The translations under genes were made by a program, and so were the position numbers. Of a stretch of 64,000 nucleotides of DNA, positions 19,455 to 28,594 are shown in pieces (position 1 is the first letter of the stretch; the number at the start of each line of letters is the position of its first letter). The notes under the pieces are model-generated. The model searched no databases and was not told where the DNA came from. It was given only the letters and a program-made list of their open reading frames with translations. Location of the stretch: contig OZ250165.1 of assembly GCA_965238005.1 (NCBI GenBank), forward strand, positions 3,936,001 to 4,000,000, written 5' to 3'. This stretch comes from Longimicrobiales bacterium (GTDB lineage: Bacteria; Gemmatimonadota; Gemmatimonadetes; Longimicrobiales; Gaopeijiaceae).

Positions 19455-21143
19455 ATGAGTCTTCCAACCAATACGCTCTACTACGGCGACTGCTTGGAGT
19501 GGTTGCCTCAGTTCCCATCCGAGAGCGTAGACCTGATCTACCTCGATCCTCCGTTCAACTCCAATCAGAGCTACAACCTGCTATTTGGAAACGGACAGCC
19601 CAAACCCAACGGGAGCCGGAGTGCACAGGTACGGGCGTTCGACGATATGTGGCGGTGGGACGATGCGGCGGCAAAGCGTGTAGATCAGCTATCCCGTGCC
19701 CGCGCGCACCCGGCACATAAGGCCGTAGTGGGCTTGCGCGCGATGCTGGGAGAAAGCGGAATGCTGGCCTATCTGTCCTACATGGCAGAGCGGCTGGCCG
19801 AGATGCCCCGTGTCTTGAAGCCCACAGGCTCAATCTACCTACATTGCGACCCTACGGCATCCCACGGCCTCAAGTTAGTGATGGATTGTGTCTGGGGTCC
19901 CGCAGCGTTCCGTAATGAGATCGTGTGGCGACGATCAAACGCCCACAATAAGCTGACGCGACAATATGGGCCAATCCATGATGTGATACTGTTTTACGCC
20001 CATGACAAGGCTACGTTTCATCCCGGCTATACGCCATACACGCAGGCATACGTCCATGACTATTTCTGCCATTCGGATGAACGAGGACCATATCAATCAA
20101 ACGTGTTGACGGGGCAGGGAGTTCGAAAGGGTGAGAGCGGGGAACCTTGGCGGGGGTACGATCCGACAGCAAGGGGACGGCATTGGGCAATCCCCAGGTC
20201 TCTAAAAGATGAGTTACCGGCTGAACAGCAGTCATTGGGACCCCTTAGACTGCTGGATATTTTAGCTTCCTCGAATGAGATAGTGTTTTCGCGAAACGGT
20301 GTGCCTCGTTACAAGCAACGCCGAGGACCGGGGGTTCTGTGCCAAGACATTTGGGCGTATCAGCCTGGTACCAAGGGGGTCCTATACAACGACGATGCTG
20401 AAATCGACCGTGATGTGAAGTGGTTGGATTCCGAAACCGAACGTCTCGGATATCCGACGCAAAAGCCGCTAGGGTTGTTGCAGCGGATCATGGAGGCTTC
20501 GAGCCGTCCTGGGGATATCGTACTGGACCCGTTCTGCGGCTGCGGCACGGCAGTAGTGGCGGCGCACAAGCTCAACAGACAGTGGGTGGGAATCGACATT
20601 TCGCCGTTCGCCATCGATCTGATTTGTAACCAAAGACTCCCAGAATATAAGGTTAAGACTGAGGGATATCCGTATGATTTATCCGGCGCTCGCAAGCTCG
20701 CCCGCGAAAAGCCATTCAAGTTTGAGAAATGGGCTGTGACCCGGATTCCAGGCCTTGCGCCGAATGACAAACAGGTAGGCGACGACGGCATAGACGGTGT
20801 CGGATACCTGTTGGCCAAGCCGGAGGACACAACCGATCAGGTGCTCGCGCAAGTCAAAGGTGGGAAATATCAGTTAGGGCAGTTGCGCGACTTTCTAGGC
20901 GTCATGGAACGGGAACAGGCCGCCATAGGCTTGTATACCACCGTTGAGCCGATCCGAGCGGCAGGAGCACGGACAGAGGCAACCCACAGGGGCTTCCTCA
21001 CGTTGGGCGCGTCGCAATATCCACGAGCCCAGCTGTGGTCGATTCAAGATTACTTCGACAACCGGATGCCGCTGCTGCCCGCGCTGGCCGATCCCTACAC
21101 CGGAAAGCCCGTGCAGGGCTCGCTGCAAATGTCTCTGTCCTAA
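19455..21143 (+). CDS. Beta-class N4/N6 DNA methyltransferase fused to C-terminal Mrr-like nuclease domain (562 aa)
   Basis: LYYGDCL, IYLDPPFN (motif IV), GYPTQKP, VLDPFCGCGT (motif I), then FEKWA..DDGIDG..LAQVKGG; visibly lower GC than flanks. Confidence 0.88.
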   Translation: MSLPTNTLYYGDCLEWLPQFPSESVDLIYLDPPFNSNQSYNLLFGNGQPKPNGSRSAQVRAFDDMWRWDDAAAKRVDQLSRARAHPAHKAVVGLRAMLGESGMLAYLSYMAERLAEMPRVLKPTGSIYLHCDPTASHGLKLVMDCVWGPAAFRNEIVWRRSNAHNKLTRQYGPIHDVILFYAHDKATFHPGYTPYTQAYVHDYFCHSDERGPYQSNVLTGQGVRKGESGEPWRGYDPTARGRHWAIPRSLKDELPAEQQSLGPLRLLDILASSNEIVFSRNGVPRYKQRRGPGVLCQDIWAYQPGTKGVLYNDDAEIDRDVKWLDSETERLGYPTQKPLGLLQRIMEASSRPGDIVLDPFCGCGTAVVAAHKLNRQWVGIDISPFAIDLICNQRLPEYKVKTEGYPYDLSGARKLAREKPFKFEKWAVTRIPGLAPNDKQVGDDGIDGVGYLLAKPEDTTDQVLAQVKGGKYQLGQLRDFLGVMEREQAAIGLYTTVEPIRAAGARTEATHRGFLTLGASQYPRAQLWSIQDYFDNRMPLLPALADPYTGKPVQGSLQMSLS

Positions 21144-21155
21144 GGAAACGAGCCG

Positions 21156-21311
21156 ATGAGCGAGAAGCGGAAGCCGTACAAGAAGGGGTTAAAGGCCGAC
21201 TATCGGGGTGCGAAGCCGGAGCAGGTAGCCGAGGCGCTACATCGGCACCGTCCCGATAAGGTGGAGCAGCGGGACGCCAAGGCCGGGAAGCCTCCGGGCA
21301 AATCAAGTTAG
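21156..21311 (+). CDS. 51-aa basic ORF at right end of the IS
   Basis: AAGGA RBS; MSEKRKPYKKGLKADYRGAKPEQVAEALHRHRPDKVEQRDAKAGKPPGKSS*; the stop lies within the right TIR. Confidence 0.5.
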   Translation: MSEKRKPYKKGLKADYRGAKPEQVAEALHRHRPDKVEQRDAKAGKPPGKSS

Positions 21312-21324
21312 GTATATAATCCCC

Positions 21325-21449
21325 TAACGTTTCACGACTCCCTCGAGCTGGAGCATTTCCGGGGTCGCGTCTTCCCCCGGCCCCACACCGTCCATGAGTT
21401 GGGCGAGGCGGGCCTCGAGGCCGGAGCTTGTTCGGGGGACTTCGGTCAT
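21325..21449 (-). pseudogene. ABC ATP-binding protein, 5' part (split by IS1595)
   Basis: MTEVP..EMLQLEGVVKR rejoins YGGFTAV in frame once the IS and one TSD copy are removed. Confidence 0.85.
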
Positions 21450-21516
21450 TGAGAATCCTCTGGAAGGTTGTCGTACATCGTTAGCGATCAGCCGCAGCCC
21501 GTCGCTCGGCCAGGCC

Positions 21517-21589
21517 CTAGGGAGGCCCACCAGACTGGTGCAGAGGCTCGCTAGGGGAGACTCACCAGACTTTTGCAGAGGCTAGCTAG
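21517..21589. repeat. Imperfect ~35-bp tandem duplication delimited by CTAG
   Basis: CTAGGGAGGCCCACCAGACTGGTGCAGAGGCTCG / CTAGGGGAGACTCACCAGACTTTTGCAGAGGCTAG / CTAG. Confidence 0.6.
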
Positions 21590-23112
21590 ATCACCTCGAT
21601 GTTGAGACGGCCGATGAGGCGGATGATCTCGACCTGCTGGGCGAGCCCTCCGATCACGAACCTGATATGTGCGGCATCGGCCGGGTACTGGCCGAAGGTC
21701 GGGTCGACCGCCACCCACTCTCCCAACCACACCTCGGGCCAGGCATGGTAGAAGAACGAGTTGTTGAGGTAGACGAGACCGACGGCCGTCCGGGCGGGAA
21801 GGCCGAGGGCCCTGGCCATGGCCACATACAGGACCGTGTGTTCGTTGCAGTCTCCCTGCCTCGACTCGAGCACCTGTAGGGCGCTGGGCACGGAGAAGGT
21901 CACGCTCTTCTCGAGCATGCGATCTACACGGGTGGTGAGCCGCTGAGCGGCCGCCTTGGGGTCTCGGAGCCAGCGCCCCACCGCCTGGCGGGCCTCCCGC
22001 TGGATTCGCGGGTCGTCGCTCTGGATCAGCGGCTCCGCCTCAAGCTCCTCGCGCATATCCATGAGCTTGTAGGGGAGCGAGAAGTCGGGCTCCACGGCCG
22101 CCCAGTTCTCGCGGCGCACGATGAGCGTGTCGCCTCGAAGCGTCTGGCGTCCCCCGTCGAGCTGGAAACCCGCCAGCTCCACTCCCGTGAGACGGAAGCG
22201 GAGCACGTCGTACTCCTCCACCGACCCTAGGTCGGCCTTGCTCCGGATGGCCGTCGACAGGATCACGTCCTGGTCGATGGCCAACGTGGCCACCCCTCGG
22301 GAGTCCTCCTGCGCCTGCCTCGCCAGCTCGTATTCGGTCTTCTCCATGGTGAAGCCGAGGGCGCTCGAGGCGCTGATGACCCGCCCGTCGTGATCCACCC
22401 AGCTCACCACCTGCACGCCACCATGGACCTCGGCGATCTTCCACACCGGAATGGAGTCGTAGCGGGCCGGCTCCCAGCGATTCGTGCTGGGATTCAGGTA
22501 TGCGCTGTCCGGAACCACGAGCGTGTCGTGCTCTAGCACATGGACCTCCACCGCCCTCGTGGCCAGCGTGGACGGATCGAAGACCGGAAGTCGCAGGGTG
22601 TTTCCAACCTCCAGCTCGCCAGCCATGGCGATCCGAATGGGGAGAGCGGCCGAAAAGATGGGTGGCTCGGCCAGCCGGTAGGAGATCTCCTGCTCCGAGC
22701 CACCGGCATCTATGGTGACGTGGAGCGTGGAGTCGGCCCCAAGAGTCCCGTCGGCCCGAAACGTCCCGACCTCGGAGTCCAGGGAGAAGGAAAAGGATTC
22801 CATGATGAGAGCGGGGCTGAGGCGGACCAGCGTTCGGACCACGGCGGAGCCCGTCTGGCCCAGGGCCGGGAGGTCGAGGACCATGACGTCCTCCAGCTCG
22901 AACCCCTCTGGGATCGTGTCCAGGCGCGATGTGGCCTGGCCCACGTTGCGCTCGCCCATGCGGAGCGTGTAGAAGCTCATCCCCGGAGCCAGCGCGAGCG
23001 CAGCCTCTGCCAGCCGTGTGAGCTCGGGCTGGAAGTACTCCCGCCGGGCCTGCCATCCCACCATAGCGACCCAGATCGCCACGATCGTGACGGCCAACAC
23101 CTTCCAGCTCAC
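21586..23112 (-). CDS. Membrane-anchored transglutaminase-like protein
   Basis: GDCNEH..HAWPEV..VDPT (Cys-His-Asp triad); N-terminal TM segment. Confidence 0.88.
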   Translation of the reverse strand: MSWKVLAVTIVAIWVAMVGWQARREYFQPELTRLAEAALALAPGMSFYTLRMGERNVGQATSRLDTIPEGFELEDVMVLDLPALGQTGSAVVRTLVRLSPALIMESFSFSLDSEVGTFRADGTLGADSTLHVTIDAGGSEQEISYRLAEPPIFSAALPIRIAMAGELEVGNTLRLPVFDPSTLATRAVEVHVLEHDTLVVPDSAYLNPSTNRWEPARYDSIPVWKIAEVHGGVQVVSWVDHDGRVISASSALGFTMEKTEYELARQAQEDSRGVATLAIDQDVILSTAIRSKADLGSVEEYDVLRFRLTGVELAGFQLDGGRQTLRGDTLIVRRENWAAVEPDFSLPYKLMDMREELEAEPLIQSDDPRIQREARQAVGRWLRDPKAAAQRLTTRVDRMLEKSVTFSVPSALQVLESRQGDCNEHTVLYVAMARALGLPARTAVGLVYLNNSFFYHAWPEVWLGEWVAVDPTFGQYPADAAHIRFVIGGLAQQVEIIRLIGRLNIEVI

Positions 23113-23115
23113 GTG

Positions 23116-23688
23116 CTACGCTCCATCGCCACTCAACGCTCCATCGCCGTTCGGCACTCCATCGTCGCTCGACTCCTCACGGTCATCGTCGAACTCCTTG
23201 AGACGGGTAGCGAACACCTGCAGCTCGTAGTCCGTCGTCACCATGACGACGACCCGCTTCGGGTATTCCTCGCGCTCCAGGTGCTCCCGCAGCACCTGTG
23301 CCATGACGTCCGCCGCCGCCTCGGCGTCCAGATTTCCCGCTCCTGTGCCGAGAGGAGGGAGGGCCAGGGTCTCGACTCCGAGTCGACAAGCATGCCGCAG
23401 GCCGTTCAGGAACGCCCTTCGTACACCAGATGCCGTCACGGGCTCGTCGTCGGACTGAACCACCACGTGCACCATAAACGCCGCCTGCAACGCCCCGCCC
23501 GGTGTGATCACCGCTCCACCCACGGGGAGCTCACCCATGCGCTCGATGCGCTCCTCGAGCTCGGCGCCGGCCGCGGCGCCCACCGCCCGTCCCAGACTCG
23601 TCACCGGCTCCATTCTCGAGCTGACGGCCCGAAGGACGCACTCGACCTCGGCCGTCACCAGATCGTCGCGACGAACTTCGATCATCAC
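23116..23688 (-). CDS. Macro-domain protein (divergent)
   Basis: GGAVITPGGAL..FMVHVV, LALPPLGTGAG. Confidence 0.8.
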   Translation of the reverse strand: MMIEVRRDDLVTAEVECVLRAVSSRMEPVTSLGRAVGAAAGAELEERIERMGELPVGGAVITPGGALQAAFMVHVVVQSDDEPVTASGVRRAFLNGLRHACRLGVETLALPPLGTGAGNLDAEAAADVMAQVLREHLEREEYPKRVVVMVTTDYELQVFATRLKEFDDDREESSDDGVPNGDGALSGDGA

Positions 23689-24641
23689 ACGTTCAGCGCC
23701 TGGGCCCGCCGATACATCTCGGCCGCTCTCTCCCGTTCGTGCTTCTTGTCGTAGAGCATCCCCAGTGTGTGATACGCACGCCAGTTGTGTGGCTGGAGCT
23801 GGATCACCCGCTCCATCACCTGGAGGGCCTCATCCACGCGACCAAGCCTGTTGAGGGCCTCGCCCCGGTAGAAGTGAGCTGGGCCATGGTCGGGATCGTG
23901 CTTGCACACCCCGCGGAAGCCCGCCTCGGCGTCGGCGTAAAGCCCTTTCCGAAACGCCAGGAGCCCTTCTTTGGCGCGGACCTCCACGCTCTCCGGCTCG
24001 AGGCGGAGGGCTCGCTTCAACTCGACGTCGGCATCCTCGAATCGGCCCCCCGCTCCATAGGCGGCCCCTAGGCTGGCCCGCACTTGGGCGTTGTCGGGGT
24101 CCACCTCACTGGCTGCGAGGAACCGCTCGATAGCCAGCTCATGGCGGCCGAGATCATCGTACAGGGTTCCGAGACCGAACTGTGCCTGGGGGTGTGTGGG
24201 GCTCTCGTCGAGGATCTCCATGAAAAGCAGCACGGCCTCCTGCACGCGGCCCTCGCGGGACACGCGGATGGCAGTGCTCACCCGGTCCTCCTCGGAAGCG
24301 GCCGCATCCGGAACGTCGCCGCCGCCGGGGCCGCCAGAGGGCACGTCGTCCCGCATGATCTCCTCGGGAAGGTCGGCGTCCGCAGTGACGACCTCCCCGG
24401 AGAACGCCGTTTCAGCGAGGTCGGGGGCAGTCTCGGCGGTGGCGTTGGCTTTCCCCTCCGCCGCCTCGTCGGCGAGGTCGCTCACAAAAACGACGGGGAT
24501 GACCTCGACTTCCCCTCGGTCGATGTCGGCTCCTCCGTGGTCCACCTCCCCCAACAGGTCTCCCTGTATCGGCAGGCCTTTCGGCTCCGCCTCGGCCCTC
24601 GCCTTTCGCCTTCGGGTCGGCCTACGATTCTTACTGGTCAT
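23685..24641 (-). CDS. TPR protein with acidic N-terminus
   Basis: About 5 TPR units (AQFGLGTLY, AHFYRGEAL, AYHTLGMLY). Confidence 0.85.
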   Translation of the reverse strand: MTSKNRRPTRRRKARAEAEPKGLPIQGDLLGEVDHGGADIDRGEVEVIPVVFVSDLADEAAEGKANATAETAPDLAETAFSGEVVTADADLPEEIMRDDVPSGGPGGGDVPDAAASEEDRVSTAIRVSREGRVQEAVLLFMEILDESPTHPQAQFGLGTLYDDLGRHELAIERFLAASEVDPDNAQVRASLGAAYGAGGRFEDADVELKRALRLEPESVEVRAKEGLLAFRKGLYADAEAGFRGVCKHDPDHGPAHFYRGEALNRLGRVDEALQVMERVIQLQPHNWRAYHTLGMLYDKKHERERAAEMYRRAQALNV

Positions 24642-24969
24642 GGGAAGACTCCGCCCGTGTGCACTCGCGCACCCACTCGAGGTAGGGCTCGTGCCCTCCC
24701 TCGACCGCCAACGTCAGGATCTCGGGAACGTCATACGTATGCAGCTCCGCAACCCTCTCGACGAGTCGCGAAGCTCGGTCTGCACTCGTCTTCAAGATAA
24801 GCAGAACCTCCGCCTCCTCCTGCATGCTTCCGTCCCACTCGAAAACGGAGGTGACGTCTGGAAGAAGGTTTCCACAGGCGGCGAGCCCCTCCTCCACGAC
24901 CTGGCGAGCCAGGGCGAGGCCCGTCTCCTTGTCTCCGGCGGTGACGAAGACGACTCGTACGTCCGACAT
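24631..24969 (-). CDS. cutA: Divalent-cation tolerance protein CutA
   Basis: GLAACGN, SVFEWDG, LHTYDVPEI, YLEWV. Confidence 0.9.
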   Translation of the reverse strand: MSDVRVVFVTAGDKETGLALARQVVEEGLAACGNLLPDVTSVFEWDGSMQEEAEVLLILKTSADRASRLVERVAELHTYDVPEILTLAVEGGHEPYLEWVRECTRAESSHDQ

Positions 24970-24974
24970 CTCGG

Positions 24975-26831
24975 TCACGGCTCCGAGAAGACGGTCTGGT
25001 CCAGGTTGTCTTCCAGATAGAACGCCTCGATGAGCTCGCGGTATCGTGCCTCCACCGCCCTCCGCTTGACCTTCTGGGTGGGTGTGAGGGTGCCCTCCTC
25101 GATGGTGAACTGCGACTCGATCAACCCGATCTTCTTGGGCGTCTCGAAGCGCGCCAGCCCCCTCAGCGCTCCGAAAACCTGCTCCTCTATGAGCTCTTGG
25201 ACTTCCGGTCGAGCCAGAAGCGCCTTCGCGTCCGAAGCCTGGATACCGGTCTTCCGTGCCCAGGCCTCCAGGTTCGGAAAGCTGGGAACAACCAGGATCA
25301 CGCAGAAGCTCCGGCGATCGCCGATCATCACCGCCTGCTCCACAAACTCGTTGGTCTTCAGACGATTCTCGATGGGTTGGGGCGCCACGTTCTTCCCCCC
25401 CGCCGTGACGATGATGTCCTTGATGCGGTCCGTGATCCGGAGGAAGCCGTCCTCGTCGATCTCGCCCACGTCCCCCGTGTGGAACCACCCTTCGGAATCG
25501 ATAGCCTCGGTGGTGGCCTCCGGCAGATTGTAGTAGCCCTTCATCACCTGCGGGCCCCGGATCAGGATCTCGCCTTCCTCTCCGATCCGGATCTCGGTCC
25601 CGGGGATGGGCTTGCCGACGGTCCCGATCCTGAAGCCCTCGAACGAGTTCACGTTGGTGACCGGGCTGGTCTCCGTGAGGCCGTAGCCCTCCAGAATCCA
25701 GATTCCGGCTGAGAAGAAGAAGCGATTGATGTCCGGGGCGAGGGGCGCCCCACCGCTGATGAAGTAACGGATCCGCCCCCCCATGGCCGCCCGGATCTTC
25801 TTGAAGACGAGGGCATCCGCGAGACGGTATACAAGTTTGAGAACACCGCTGGGCTCACGGCCTGCCAGCTTCTCTTCGGCCCAGGCCTCACCCACTTCCC
25901 TGGCCCACTGCACGAGCTTCTTCTTCAGGCCCTCTGCCTCCATCACGGCGTTGTAGACCTTCTCGTACAACCGTGGAACGGAGACCACGATGGAGGGCCG
26001 AACCACCTTGATATCGTCGGCCACTTTGTGGATGGAGTGTGCGTAGGCCGCCGTGTCGCCCCGTGAGAAGTACAGATAGCTGACCATGCGCTGAAGGACG
26101 TGTGACAAGGGGAGGAAGACCAGCGCCGTATCACCCTCCTTTCGGGGAAGCATTCGCCCCGCCGCCGTCACGTTGCTCCACAGGTTGTTGTGGGTGAGCA
26201 TCACCCCCTTGGGGTTCCCCGTCGTGCCTGACGTATAGAGGAGAGTGGCCAGACCGTCTGGCTCGGCTTCCAGGGCCATGGCACGGAAGCTCTCGTCGTC
26301 CATCTCGGCGTCGAATTCGCGCCCCTTCTCCAGGAAGTCTTCCCACGCCAGAGCGCCCTCGGGGAGGGAGTCGGACGCGTCGAAGACCACAATCTGGATG
26401 TCCCGTACCATCTCCCGGCTCGCGGCCTCGACCTTCTCCGCTTGGTCGGGAGTCGACGCGAAGACCAGCGACGCAGCCGAGTTCTCCAGAATGTACGCCA
26501 CCTGGGGGCCGGTCAGGGTGCTGTAGATGGGCACGTTCAGAACACCAGTGCAGATACAGGCGTAGTCGCAGACGGACCACTCCATACGGGTCTCAGAGAG
26601 GATCGCCGCCCGGTCTCCCCGCTTCATGCCGAGGGCCTGGAGCCCACCGGAAACGGCCCGAACGAGGTCGTATACCGCACTGTAGCTCATATCCTCCAGG
26701 TGGTCGCCGTCGCCCGGGAAGTACCGGAACGCCAACTCCTCGCTGCGATCCTCCACGGCCGTGAGGAAGAGCTGACTCAGCGTCCCGGGCGGGAGGTCCG
26801 CGGGATTGGACACGTAGTCGAGAGAGCCCAT
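24975..26831 (-). CDS. Long-chain fatty acid-CoA ligase
   Basis: YTSGTTGNPKG, EGYGLTET, WFHTGD, DRIKD, TPTQKVKR. Confidence 0.93.
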   Translation of the reverse strand: MGSLDYVSNPADLPPGTLSQLFLTAVEDRSEELAFRYFPGDGDHLEDMSYSAVYDLVRAVSGGLQALGMKRGDRAAILSETRMEWSVCDYACICTGVLNVPIYSTLTGPQVAYILENSAASLVFASTPDQAEKVEAASREMVRDIQIVVFDASDSLPEGALAWEDFLEKGREFDAEMDDESFRAMALEAEPDGLATLLYTSGTTGNPKGVMLTHNNLWSNVTAAGRMLPRKEGDTALVFLPLSHVLQRMVSYLYFSRGDTAAYAHSIHKVADDIKVVRPSIVVSVPRLYEKVYNAVMEAEGLKKKLVQWAREVGEAWAEEKLAGREPSGVLKLVYRLADALVFKKIRAAMGGRIRYFISGGAPLAPDINRFFFSAGIWILEGYGLTETSPVTNVNSFEGFRIGTVGKPIPGTEIRIGEEGEILIRGPQVMKGYYNLPEATTEAIDSEGWFHTGDVGEIDEDGFLRITDRIKDIIVTAGGKNVAPQPIENRLKTNEFVEQAVMIGDRRSFCVILVVPSFPNLEAWARKTGIQASDAKALLARPEVQELIEEQVFGALRGLARFETPKKIGLIESQFTIEEGTLTPTQKVKRRAVEARYRELIEAFYLEDNLDQTVFSEP

Positions 26832-26880
26832 CCGGTTCTCCTGTGGCCTTACCGGAACACTAGGAACAGGCCGACGGTGC

Positions 26881-27294
26881 TCAGACGCCCTCGACCACCG
26901 TCTCGAAGTCGAGGTCCTGGCGAAGCGAGTGGAGCACGCTGCAGTACTTGTCGCGGGAGAGCTGGATCGCGCGATCCACCTTGGGCCGCGCCTCGGCAGC
27001 CACGCCTCCCAATACGAAGGTCAGACGTATTCGTTTGAAGTAGCGGGGAGGGTCGGGGTTCCGGTCGGCATCGGCGTGAATCTCGAGGGAGCTCACATCG
27101 ACGCGGGACTTCTCGAGAATCATGAGCACGTCGATGCCCATGCAGCCCATGAGCCCCAGGAGCAGAGAATCCATCGCTGAGGCGCCGGCCTCGCCGTCCC
27201 CGTCGATGGTCACCTCGGGTCCTGACCCCGAGCGGCCCTTGAACACGTCGCCCTGCCCGGTCCAAAACAGGATCGTCTGTTTAGAAGAGCTCAT
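26881..27294 (-). CDS. OsmC/YhfA family protein (Cys form)
   Basis: GLMGCMGIDV..KYCSV; start at ATG 27294. Confidence 0.88.
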   Translation of the reverse strand: MSSSKQTILFWTGQGDVFKGRSGSGPEVTIDGDGEAGASAMDSLLLGLMGCMGIDVLMILEKSRVDVSSLEIHADADRNPDPPRYFKRIRLTFVLGGVAAEARPKVDRAIQLSRDKYCSVLHSLRQDLDFETVVEGV

Positions 27295-27745
27295 CCTGCG
27301 TGGGTTGAGGACCCTCGGTAGCAGGGTTCGATCCACCCTCTCCGGTGAGCTTGGCGAGGGTTCCCCGGGCATGGGACACGTGCTCGCCAGCCTCCTCGGT
27401 AGGTGCGTTCTCGAGAAAGGCGCGGAGGTGCGGGATGGCGTCCGGCTCCTGGCCGGCCCTCACGAGGAGGAACGCCAGACCGTAGTGGGCGCCGGCGGCA
27501 TCGGGGTTCTTCTGGAGCACGTGCCGATACGTCTTCGCGGCCTCCTCGGTCATCCCGATGCGGGTGTACGAGATTGCGATCTGCTGCAGCACCACGGAGT
27601 CCCCGGGTGACTCCTTGAGGGCCAGGCGAAACGAGGTGAGGGCTTCGTGGAACTTGCCCTCCGCCATCAAGGCGACGCCCTCGTCATAGTAGGCGACGCG
27701 CCCGGTGTCCCTGGATCCGCCGAAAACCTTATTCCACCACGCCAT
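27281..27745 (-). CDS. TPR protein
   Basis: YYDEGVAL, AHYGLAFLL; start MAWWNK at 27745. Confidence 0.82.
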   Translation of the reverse strand: MAWWNKVFGGSRDTGRVAYYDEGVALMAEGKFHEALTSFRLALKESPGDSVVLQQIAISYTRIGMTEEAAKTYRHVLQKNPDAAGAHYGLAFLLVRAGQEPDAIPHLRAFLENAPTEEAGEHVSHARGTLAKLTGEGGSNPATEGPQPTQDELF

Positions 27746-27863
27746 GGAGAGAAAGCTCGGCCGCGAGAAATGGTACGGCGCGACGGGCGAGCGGTCAGCC
27801 GCGAAACGCCGGAGTGGGTGGTGACGAAAGTAGAGAAGGCCCAAATGCGACGCAACGACAAGG

Positions 27864-28487
27864 TTATTGTCGTGCCGCCACCACCGCCGCCGTCTCCGAA
27901 ACCAGAACCTTCATTCCCGCGGTCTCGAGGGCGGAATCCCAGCCGTCGACGCCACCCCAGACGACCACGCGACCCAATCGCGCCACGACGCGTGCAACCT
28001 CGTGGGCGTCGAGCGGCCCCTCGTCTCCGAAGAGGGCCGCGCCGCGAAGGCTCTGAGCCTGGAACGGAAGCCGGGAGCCCGCGATCAGCCGGCTGACACC
28101 CTCGGCTTCGTGCCAACTCCGTAGCCCCGAAGCGATCCCCACGACCTCCACGACCTCCAACTTCTCGGCAAGAGCATCGGCGTGGCCCGCCATGCGGCCC
28201 AAGAGGGCCACATGACCGACGCCCTCCGTGATCCCCAGAAGACCCGCCACCTCCATGAGCGTTGGAGAGTCGGGCGCCGCGAGCGTATCCTCGTCGTGGA
28301 GGCTGATCCGGGGTGGAGGCCGCAGGTCCCCGAATCCCTCCCGGATCGGGTAGCGATCCCGGCAGTTCGGACAGCCCAGTGCTCCCTCCAGAACGCGCCG
28401 GTCCTCCAGCCGGTCCGCAAGGAGGATCAGCCCAAACTCGGGCCCACAGCGGGAACAGGTGAGGCGGTCGGTGAGGAGCAGATGCAT
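27864..28487 (-). CDS. Hypothetical protein with Trm112-like N-terminal Zn knuckle
   Basis: LTCSRC..GALGCPNCRDRYPIREG. Confidence 0.75.
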   Translation of the reverse strand: MHLLLTDRLTCSRCGPEFGLILLADRLEDRRVLEGALGCPNCRDRYPIREGFGDLRPPPRISLHDEDTLAAPDSPTLMEVAGLLGITEGVGHVALLGRMAGHADALAEKLEVVEVVGIASGLRSWHEAEGVSRLIAGSRLPFQAQSLRGAALFGDEGPLDAHEVARVVARLGRVVVWGGVDGWDSALETAGMKVLVSETAAVVAARQ

Positions 28488-28516
28488 GGGCCCTGGGCCG
28501 GGCCTTCGCTCACTGG

Positions 28517-28594
28517 GAGGGCGGGCTGTGGTCGGTCACCGCGAGGGCGGGCTGTGGTCGGTCACTAGGAAAGCGGGCTGTGGTCGGTCACGCA
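28517..28594. repeat. 3 x 26-bp tandem repeat at the folE 3' end
   Basis: Core GCGGGCTGTGGTCGGTCAC three times with period 26; the third unit is folE coding sequence. Confidence 0.85.

Larger units (their letters stand above)
18372..21324 (+). mobile_element. IS1595-family element with passenger genes (transporter IS), 2953 bp
   Basis: TIRs GGGTATTATATACTAGACTTGA / GGGGATTATATACCTAACTTGA (18/22 match); perfect 8-bp TSD TAACGTTT at 18364-18371 and 21325-21332. Confidence 0.95.

Noticed and set aside
17709..21143. 1144-aa ORF as a giant MTase fusion
   Set aside because: Its first ~580 codons are antisense to the ABC ATPase and off-frame over the transposase, and they cross the IS boundary. 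Real coding starts at ATG 19455.
18372..21324. IS1595 transposase as the mobiliser of the 178-bp MITE
   Set aside because: TIR sequences and target duplications (8-bp TAACGTTT versus CTAG) do not match.
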